Shown: one piece after another, positions 47,601-53,861 of the stretch
Layout of the letters: each line of letters starts with the position of its first letter
How positions within the stretch are numbered: position 1 is the first letter of the stretch
Origin: a virus
Taxonomy: Duplodnaviria; Caudoviricetes
Reading direction: 5' to 3' (one strand)
Virus record (IMG/VR): IMGVR_UViG_3300008261_000101
Location: 1-53,861 of that record
Length of the DNA stretch: 53,861 nt
Made by a program: the position numbers and the translations under genes
The notes under the pieces: model-generated
What the model was told of the DNA's origin: nothing
Database searches by the model: none
Seen by the model: only the letters and a program-made list of their open reading frames with translations

Positions 47601-50600
47601 GGTGCCAACTATTGCATTTCCTAATACTGCACCATTGTAGTACGCTTCGGCAGCTCGTCGAGTTTGTTTATTGCCGCCGTAGGTCATGTCGTAAACCGCA
47701 GCATCGATTATATAGCTTACATCACGTTGACATTTTTGTACATTATAACTAAAGCCAATCAAGTTGTTAGTGATAAAATCAATTGTACCTTGCTGTATTA
47801 CTGAACTTTGAGCTAAAAGGTTAGTAGCTGCATTATCAACACTACTTGTATTCCAAGAGTAATCAGGATCAACTTCTTGAGGTGTCGAAACTAGCCCGTC
47901 ATTTATTGCATCTATAACAACATCAAACAACGTATTTGATGTATCGCTATGTGTTGATAACCCAAACCCTGGAGTTAATACTTGAGATTCAGTATTTCCT
48001 GGAGTTGGCGTTACAGCAATTCCTTCGATTACATCGGCTGCTACACCTTTTAAATGCTCATATGCAGCAGAAATTTCTTCTTCTTGTGTGGGTATCTGAA
48101 TAGTACCGTAGTTATAATATGCTCTAGCAGCAACTAAAATAGCTCTGTTACCGCTATATAATAAATCATGTGTCACTGCATCTATTAGTAATCCGGTGTC
48201 TCGTTCGAGAATAAGTTCGTCGTATGTAAGACCGTCTAGAGTGGAATTAATGTAAGAAATAACACCCGACTGAAGTGTTGATTTTTGTGTTTGTAACGAT
48301 ATTCTTGCATTTGCATATTCAGAAGATACCCAGCTAAAGTCTGGTAAAACTTGAGCAGGTAGTGTATCGATATCTTCGATTACATTTGCAAAATCTTCAG
48401 TTAGTTCAACTACTCTGTCTACCTCTGTACTACTTGCTGCTATGCTGCCTAAATCTTGTAGTTCACTATTTCCTGCTTGTGGAGTTACAGGTATACCTTG
48501 AATAATATCTCCTAGTATGTTTGTTAAATAATTAAACGCTGCAACCGTTTCTGCTTGTTCAGCAGAAACAACACTTGTTGTTCCATTCCAATACGACTGT
48601 GCTGCAATCCTTGTTGCATAATTGCCTCCATACATTATGTCGTGGCTTAACGCATCTACAAATAATTTTACGTTCATATTAAAATTAGTAGTGTTGAAAG
48701 TCAACAACGGATATGTGTTTTGTACATATTCTACTAGATCTGCACCTATAAAATCTCTGTTATTTTGCAGTTGTTCTTTTGCATTGATTTGATCTGTTGG
48801 TACGCCGGATTCGTCCCATATTAAATGATCTGCTGCTAATGTTGTGCCTTCGGTTCCATTAACAATAATATCTATTATTTCGTCAAATCCTGCATTTGAT
48901 CTTAATAATGCATTAGCTGAACTTGCAAGTAAAGTTCCTACTAACGATTTTAAATGTGTAATAGCTGAAACTGTCTCAACAACATCACCATCAATCTTTG
49001 GCTGTGCAGTCGATATTTGATATGACAACCCAGCAGCAACTGAGTTATAGTTTGTTCCTAGTGCAACATCAAGACTTACTGCATCTATTATAAGACCAAA
49101 GTTAAGTGAATATTGTTCACTATCGTATATAAAATAGTTGTCATTGATCCATGCTATAGTTTCTGCAATCAAGAAATCTCGGTTATCTTGTAATTGTCTT
49201 GACGCATCTCTTAGTTCTGTACTAGCACTAGGAGGATAGTTAAATGTTTTTCCTTCGCTTGGAAGATCTTCGTACTCGATAACACTTAACAAATCGTCAA
49301 ATCTATCTCCGACTGCGGTCGATACAACAGAACTTGATATTGTTGCAGCCTGAGCTAAACGCTTGGTTTCTCTTAATGCTAAAATAGTAGCAGGCAATTG
49401 ATTAGCGTCTACTACTGAAGCGGTTGCTCGTTTATAAGCTAGTCCGGCAGTTATGCTATTATAATTTGTATTTAATCTTACGTCTCGAGCAACTGCATCT
49501 AGAATTAATGCTACATCTCGTTTGCACTTTGTTCTGTCGTATGTAAAATCTGGATAATTGTCAATTATAAAGTCAGAAATTTCAGTTACTGCGGTAGACT
49601 TATTTGCAAAAATTTGTCTTGATGCATTTTGTATTTGTGAAGTTGCCCAAGTTATTTCTGGATAACTTGCTGTAGGTAATCCGCTTATAGTAGAGTTATC
49701 AATAACATCGATAAAGATTTGTACCAAATTAAATATTTCGTCAACTTCTGATCCTGTAGCACTATCGTTACTAGTATCTTGAGTCAGTGGGTTTGCTGGA
49801 GTTTTTTCAATTAAGTTGCCTAAAATGATTTGTCCTACAACATACTGTAAATGTTGGTATGCTTCAACTGTTGGTTCAATTTCATTTGCGTTTACTGGTT
49901 GAATACCGGTTTCTATAAAGTATGCATTAGATGCGTTTCTTGTCGCAGTGTTGCCTTTGTAAAGTATGTCATAAGACAATGCATCAATAATATAACCTAC
50001 ATCTCTATAAAATTTATCGCTGTCGTATGATAATGTTGGATGATTGGCTGTAGTCCATTCTAAAATTTCTTCTTGTATAAATTCTCTATTTGCTCGTAGA
50101 TGATTTTTAGCATTTATTCTACTAGTTAATCCACTGGTAGGATTTGGATATTGTATATCATTTGCACTTGAGCTATCGCCGGCACCAATTAATTCGATTA
50201 TTTCGTTAAAAGCAGTATTGCTTCTAGTATTTGCAGTAGGGCTTGCAACAACTGCACTATATCCGGCAACAATTGATTTTAATTCGGTAAATGCAGCTAA
50301 TGTTTGAGTAATTTGTCTTGCTTTAATTTCTGAAGAGTAACTTCTTTGATATGTTAATCCAGTTGTTACAGCATTATAGTTTGTTCCTAACGCTACATCA
50401 TATGCAACACTTTCCATTGCTAGTCTTACATCTCGATCAAAGTTATCTTGATTGTAAGATAGGTATGTAAATTGTTCTGCAATATATTTTGTTATTTCGT
50501 CAATAATAAACTCTCTGTTGGCAAGAATATTGTCTTTAGATGATATTGTGCCACTTGACAATGTCGGTAAATCGTTGTATACTACATCTGGTGCAGCACT

Positions 50601-52238
50601 GCTATCACCTCTGTCTAACATATTAGTTACAATTGCAAAGCGTTCTATTATATCGTATCTAGCATCTAAGTTGCCAGCATCGCTGTCTGGTAGTAAATCA
50701 AGAATTAGGTCTCTTGCAGATTCAAGGCCGTATACAGTTGCTTCAAGTTGTTGTCTAATAACTTTTTGTGCTGCTACTCGTAAGTATGATCTACCGGCTG
50801 CTAATGATTGGTATGTTGTACCTAGTGCAACATCTCCCATAATAGCATCAACTATTCTAGCAACATCGCGTCTACAGATATTTTCATCGTAAATTAACGG
50901 TTGTTCAGTTATGTCGGTGCTTGTTATATAGTACTTTGTTACATCACCATCAAATGTAATGACCGATCCAACTTGGGGAATATCTCTTAAGCTATCAATT
51001 TCTACACTTATATTTCGCGTAAGATTTACATCTGCTTCAGCTTCGATTGTAAACGATCCTCCCACAAAAGTTATTTGTGGTACAAATGTATATCTTGATC
51101 CTGGATTGGTAACAATAATACCTGTTAGTTTTCCTGTTGTAACATCAATAATTGCTGTACCGGTTGCAGTTACTCCTCCCGGAGCAGTAGGTGGATCAAA
51201 CACTACAGCAGGAGCACTAATATAACCAGAACCCTGATTGGTAATTGTTACACTTCCTACTGTTGAATAATAATCTTGTGTGGGTCTTGCTGTTGTATAA
51301 GGAGTTTCGTAGACTCCGTCTGCAATAATAGCGTATGTACCAAAGTCAGAAACTGAGTTAGAGATTGATAGATAACCACCATTGGTTGTTAAAAATCCAG
51401 TACGGCAAAAAACAGTAAAACAGCTAACAATTTGTGTATAACCAAAATTAGTAATATGGAAACCGATGCCGCCTTGTGCAATCTGAGTAAATGCGTCGGC
51501 GACCATTGAACGAACCAACGACCTAGGATCGTATTCGTCCCCGTCAACTAATATACCGTTTCCGCCGCCGGTTTCGTTTACACGCTTTGCTAATGGTACC
51601 CTAACATCGTTTATAATAGGCCTTGCACCCGGAGTAACGCCTTCGATTTGTACAGTTTCAAAAGGTACAAATTCTGTGCCATCGTTTAACCATGGTCCGT
51701 TAATGTTTGAACAATTTTGCACGTAAGGCGATGTAGTAACTAATGCTCCAGATTTAATTTTTACACAAAACCCCGGATCAGCTAATCCCCTAAAAGTTAT
51801 TTGATATATGTAACAGGCGTTGTCTACATAAAATATGTCATCCTGATTATTGTTTGGCCAAACGTTTGTTGTACGTAAGCTATCTCCTCTAACAGTTTGA
51901 CGTACTTTTAATGTAATAGGATTATCTTCGTAGTAATCTCCTGGCGCAACTTGAATTATTGCTCCAACAGGGGCTGCTTCAACTGCGGCTTTTATTGTTT
52001 TTTTAGCCCTGTCAGAAGTTGGTCCTAATCCACTGTTATTATCATCTCCTTCGAGTGATACATAATAAACTAATGCATTTTCTTCAGCACCGGGAATATT
52101 TCCTGTAACAATTAAGTTTCCATTTATTGTTACATTACCACTTTTAGGTGTGAGGTTAATCTGTCCGTCACCGGTTATTACTAACTGACGATCTCCGACT
52201 TTCCTTTCATGCAGTATCTGTTGCTTTACATATTTCAT
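44640..52238 (-). CDS. giant baseplate/fibre-associated structural protein (2532 aa), paralogue of the fibre N-terminal beta-helix, with 8 helical repeats
   Basis: YYVSLEGDDNNSG...APGDYYEDNP...GDSLR, SPYVQNCS, GHAFEYVGAG and LPVGTTAERP...VRFNT...FEGYDG..W.SLGGV.DVDG; C-terminal IDGGTF. Confidence 0.8.
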   Translation of the reverse strand: MKYVKQQILHERKVGDRQLVITGDGQINLTPKSGNVTINGNLIVTGNIPGAEENALVYYVSLEGDDNNSGLGPTSDRAKKTIKAAVEAAPVGAIIQVAPGDYYEDNPITLKVRQTVRGDSLRTTNVWPNNNQDDIFYVDNACYIYQITFRGLADPGFCVKIKSGALVTTSPYVQNCSNINGPWLNDGTEFVPFETVQIEGVTPGARPIINDVRVPLAKRVNETGGGNGILVDGDEYDPRSLVRSMVADAFTQIAQGGIGFHITNFGYTQIVSCFTVFCRTGFLTTNGGYLSISNSVSDFGTYAIIADGVYETPYTTARPTQDYYSTVGSVTITNQGSGYISAPAVVFDPPTAPGGVTATGTAIIDVTTGKLTGIIVTNPGSRYTFVPQITFVGGSFTIEAEADVNLTRNISVEIDSLRDIPQVGSVITFDGDVTKYYITSTDITEQPLIYDENICRRDVARIVDAIMGDVALGTTYQSLAAGRSYLRVAAQKVIRQQLEATVYGLESARDLILDLLPDSDAGNLDARYDIIERFAIVTNMLDRGDSSAAPDVVYNDLPTLSSGTISSKDNILANREFIIDEITKYIAEQFTYLSYNQDNFDRDVRLAMESVAYDVALGTNYNAVTTGLTYQRSYSSEIKARQITQTLAAFTELKSIVAGYSAVVASPTANTRSNTAFNEIIELIGAGDSSSANDIQYPNPTSGLTSRINAKNHLRANREFIQEEILEWTTANHPTLSYDSDKFYRDVGYIIDALSYDILYKGNTATRNASNAYFIETGIQPVNANEIEPTVEAYQHLQYVVGQIILGNLIEKTPANPLTQDTSNDSATGSEVDEIFNLVQIFIDVIDNSTISGLPTASYPEITWATSQIQNASRQIFANKSTAVTEISDFIIDNYPDFTYDRTKCKRDVALILDAVARDVRLNTNYNSITAGLAYKRATASVVDANQLPATILALRETKRLAQAATISSSVVSTAVGDRFDDLLSVIEYEDLPSEGKTFNYPPSASTELRDASRQLQDNRDFLIAETIAWINDNYFIYDSEQYSLNFGLIIDAVSLDVALGTNYNSVAAGLSYQISTAQPKIDGDVVETVSAITHLKSLVGTLLASSANALLRSNAGFDEIIDIIVNGTEGTTLAADHLIWDESGVPTDQINAKEQLQNNRDFIGADLVEYVQNTYPLLTFNTTNFNMNVKLFVDALSHDIMYGGNYATRIAAQSYWNGTTSVVSAEQAETVAAFNYLTNILGDIIQGIPVTPQAGNSELQDLGSIAASSTEVDRVVELTEDFANVIEDIDTLPAQVLPDFSWVSSEYANARISLQTQKSTLQSGVISYINSTLDGLTYDELILERDTGLLIDAVTHDLLYSGNRAILVAARAYYNYGTIQIPTQEEEISAAYEHLKGVAADVIEGIAVTPTPGNTESQVLTPGFGLSTHSDTSNTLFDVVIDAINDGLVSTPQEVDPDYSWNTSSVDNAATNLLAQSSVIQQGTIDFITNNLIGFSYNVQKCQRDVSYIIDAAVYDMTYGGNKQTRRAAEAYYNGAVLGNAIVGTADQSGVSEFSYKHLATVLKEIALNNTITPSEDVTETQVIGSSAGSSISANYIWILVEKIAEVIKNGNTSLPTEVNHSYSTLADVTINAKRELILTNTDDIVDETIIMLNQEYGGTATISLFPGVTFVLDNTLSSLQNVSTISTSGHAFEYVGAGITYNALPFFGGVPIAANEFVETNNGKVFAGGVVDQIGNFKVGNFFRVNALTGAITLNANEISLSGITSIGPFRRDGIPVGVELREVSENGDLTSSLGIPDSYTVPTQTAVISYVENRYLNKITGGTVEDDVIFETDIQVNGGDLSSTAVTFNLINDNAQTVNAFGGATDINIGALIGTTTVNNTLEVIGTSLFQDDVTITGIANVSVPDNTSDVFSIYQGSFNYFTIDTVNGTENVTFGETPIVNILNTTNSSTYSTGALVVTGGVGIGGNLSVNGDLTINGSIDLGNAAVDSLVVTGDAEFNIPDNIAVAFEIKESTNSYVAIDTTNSSESIKFGTVPNIIVLNETDSSDKDTGAVIVQGGVGIEKNLNVGANLSVVQDATVTGDLSVNGGDITTTAGTFNILNTTATTVNAFGAATTLNIGAATGTLTVNNELTIFDSVASIQLPVGTTAERPTSVTGQVRFNTNVGQFEGYDGIAWNSLGGVRDVDGNTYIIAESSPAANENELMFYTDGIERMNLSTARLRIDDTVDVRIENTTASSAYNTGALTVTGGVGIGKELHVNQYIGGNTSGVLQLTNYASDKIIIKASTIESPEEIKFISNAPDSSADAIVYPIILAHHSVSGTPTVNSGTGLKFELETDTSIFTIGGILDVVVTNVTNLAEYFEMSFKTMTNGTLTEKFKLGSTVATITGDLAVNGGDITTSAGTFNLLNVTPTTINAFGNATVINIGKTGGLTTFDQSVTVNEDLTVDEDLTVNGSLILTNNDLAVQYGGTGASTFTENGILYGDTANPIQVTAAAGASDITTSYQILTVTSNIDSTPVWTDTIDGGTF

Positions 52239-52241
52239 ATT

Positions 52242-52574
52242 TTATACTTCTAAATAACTTACCGTTGCTGATATCTTGTCTGGGTCTGTGCTTATTAAAA
52301 TTACTCTGTCGCCTTCGTCGAGTAGAATCCTTTCTGCACTAAACGTGAATGTATCTTGTGCCGGTAATGAAACGTTATTTAGAATTTTGTTTACATCGCT
52401 TTTAACGCCGCCTGATCCTTTTACTAAATGCATGTCAAAGAAACTGTCGTTGGCAGTATCTGCGGTTGGTGCATAATTACATACAATTACAGTTGTAATT
52501 GCATATCTTTTTGATGATGGAACAGTTAAAAGCGTTGTGTCAGTTTCTAAAATGAGTGCGCTTGCTATTGACAT
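52242..52574 (-). CDS. small beta-rich structural protein (110 aa)
   Basis: Lies in the tail operon; AAGGA SD; C-terminal ATVSYLEV. Confidence 0.7.
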   Translation of the reverse strand: MSIASALILETDTTLLTVPSSKRYAITTVIVCNYAPTADTANDSFFDMHLVKGSGGVKSDVNKILNNVSLPAQDTFTFSAERILLDEGDRVILISTDPDKISATVSYLEV

Positions 52575-52587
52575 ATTTTGCTTTCCT

Positions 52588-53604
52588 TTAAAAAATCATT
52601 GCATATAATATTGCTTTGTTCTTACTGATCAACTCGCCATTGGTACTGTCTTCGTTTATAAAAAATATTCCAGTAGCACCATCAGATTCTGCTTTTGAAT
52701 ATATCTTTACACCATCAACTGGAGCAGAAGGATCTGATATTTTTGTTAATTCAATTGCAGTTGAAATTTCAACACTTCCTGTTCCGTTGCCTGATAGTAT
52801 AATATTTTGATTAGTAACATTAGAAGTTATTTCGTTATCAGAAATTCTAATGTTGTTTAAATCTAAATATGTTTCAAAAAATTCTGCAACAGTAACACCG
52901 TTTACTTTAAATAGTACTTTGTTTGAAGCATCTCCGTTGGTTGTATCTGTTGCTTCTACTGCTGTATTTCCAGTACTAACCGGTGCCCAAATTTTTGTAT
53001 GGAAGTTATATGTATTATATCCTTTAACATAATCTTTTAAAACTTGAACGTTAGGAATAGCATCGTTGTCGTAAGGAGTTGCTAGTTTATCAGGGTTTGA
53101 ACCGTTAAAGGTTATGTTACTGCCTGTATACGGAAATAATTGTTTTTCGTAATCAACAGTACCAGTAACACTTACTATACCAGTTCCTTCGCTGATAAGA
53201 TATAAGTCAAAATCATTTAAAGTTTTAATACTGTTAGTGTAAATTCCTAGCAAATGTCCGGAGGCATTTTCAAATGTATATGCTCCATTTGTTATGCCTC
53301 CGGTTCTGCTGTCTAAGAAACTCTTATCTTCGTCAAAGAACAAATGAGCATTGCTCAATGATCCTCGATCAATGATAAGACCTGCTGTATTTAAAGTTAC
53401 ACCTGCACCTGTTTCACCGTTGTTTAGTGTAATGGTGTTATCAGTAATAACCAAGTCTTCACTACCAACTGATGTTGATGTACCTTCGACTGTTAAGTTA
53501 CCTTGAATAATAACGTCACCAGAATCTAAGTCTATAGTTCCGCCTGGATTAATTTTTATTCTGTATAGATCAACACTATGGTTATGTACTTTAGATGATG
53601 CCAT
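52588..53604 (-). CDS. baseplate/tail structural protein (338 aa)
   Basis: GNLTVEGT...LVITDNTITLNNGE....AGLIIDRG fibre-type motif; C-terminal ELISKNKAILYAMIF. Confidence 0.7.
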   Translation of the reverse strand: MASSKVHNHSVDLYRIKINPGGTIDLDSGDVIIQGNLTVEGTSTSVGSEDLVITDNTITLNNGETGAGVTLNTAGLIIDRGSLSNAHLFFDEDKSFLDSRTGGITNGAYTFENASGHLLGIYTNSIKTLNDFDLYLISEGTGIVSVTGTVDYEKQLFPYTGSNITFNGSNPDKLATPYDNDAIPNVQVLKDYVKGYNTYNFHTKIWAPVSTGNTAVEATDTTNGDASNKVLFKVNGVTVAEFFETYLDLNNIRISDNEITSNVTNQNIILSGNGTGSVEISTAIELTKISDPSAPVDGVKIYSKAESDGATGIFFINEDSTNGELISKNKAILYAMIF

Positions 53605-53624
53605 GTTTTTATCCTAGCTCGGTA

Positions 53625-53861
53625 TTATGCTTGTCCTGGTAAGTTTACGCTTAGTACTGCGTTAGGAACACTTGCTGATTCTCTAGCATCTGGTGTATTA
53701 CCGATAGCCCAAATAGCATTATCAGCAACGTCACCTTCAGGAGGGCTTCCGTTCTTTTCAATTTGAACTGTTCTGTTTCTTAATTGAGTTACATTATAAG
53801 TTGTTGAATCAGATCCTACACAGTCAATTCTAAAAGTTCCGGCAACCATTGCACCGTTTGC
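53625..53861 (-). CDS. 3' part of a hypothetical (probably structural) gene
   Basis: The frame stays open to the window end (ANGA-MVAG...), so the true start lies outside the window. Confidence 0.6.
   Translation of the reverse strand, partial: ANGAMVAGTFRIDCVGSDSTTYNVTQLRNRTVQIEKNGSPPEGDVADNAIWAIGNTPDARESASVPNAVLSVNLPGQA

Noticed and set aside
1-53861. Stop-codon reassignment
   Set aside because: Genes are full length under code 11, and TAA, TAG and TGA all act as stops. The one split gene is a frame change, not readthrough.

Overview
This 53.9-kb, AT-rich window comes from a large T4-like myovirus (Tevenvirinae/Kyanoviridae-style gene set). It uses the standard genetic code, and almost all genes lie on the minus strand. 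From left to right it holds: (1) a partial UvsW helicase that the ORF track misses; (2) a late-expressed glycan-synthesis cluster with three KpsC/KpsS-like proteins, two GT-A glycosyltransferases, a cytidylyltransferase-cupin and an FkbM methyltransferase; (3) UvsY, UvsX and gp32; (4) a head/packaging block with gp17, a probable gp16, gp4 and probable internal head proteins; (5) tail tube, sheath, dNMP kinase, gp13, gp14, gp15 and a NUDIX hydrolase; (6) a four-gene operon of a 57-aa peptide, an unknown protein, a GT2 and a giant GT-repeat protein; and (7) two giant paralogous fibre/baseplate proteins of 3793 and 2532 aa. The most notable observations are phycobiliprotein-like (C-x-R-D, globin-fold) repeats inside the 2532-aa virion protein, an A9 slippery site that would fuse two glycosyltransferase genes by a -1 shift, apparently leaderless late genes (TAAATA-N4/5-ATG), a possible virion or fibre-tip glycosylation system, and structured or periodic leaders before gp32 and the giant fibre gene. 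No tRNA, rRNA, CRISPR array or mobile element was recognised. All family calls come from motif recognition by eye, not from database searches.
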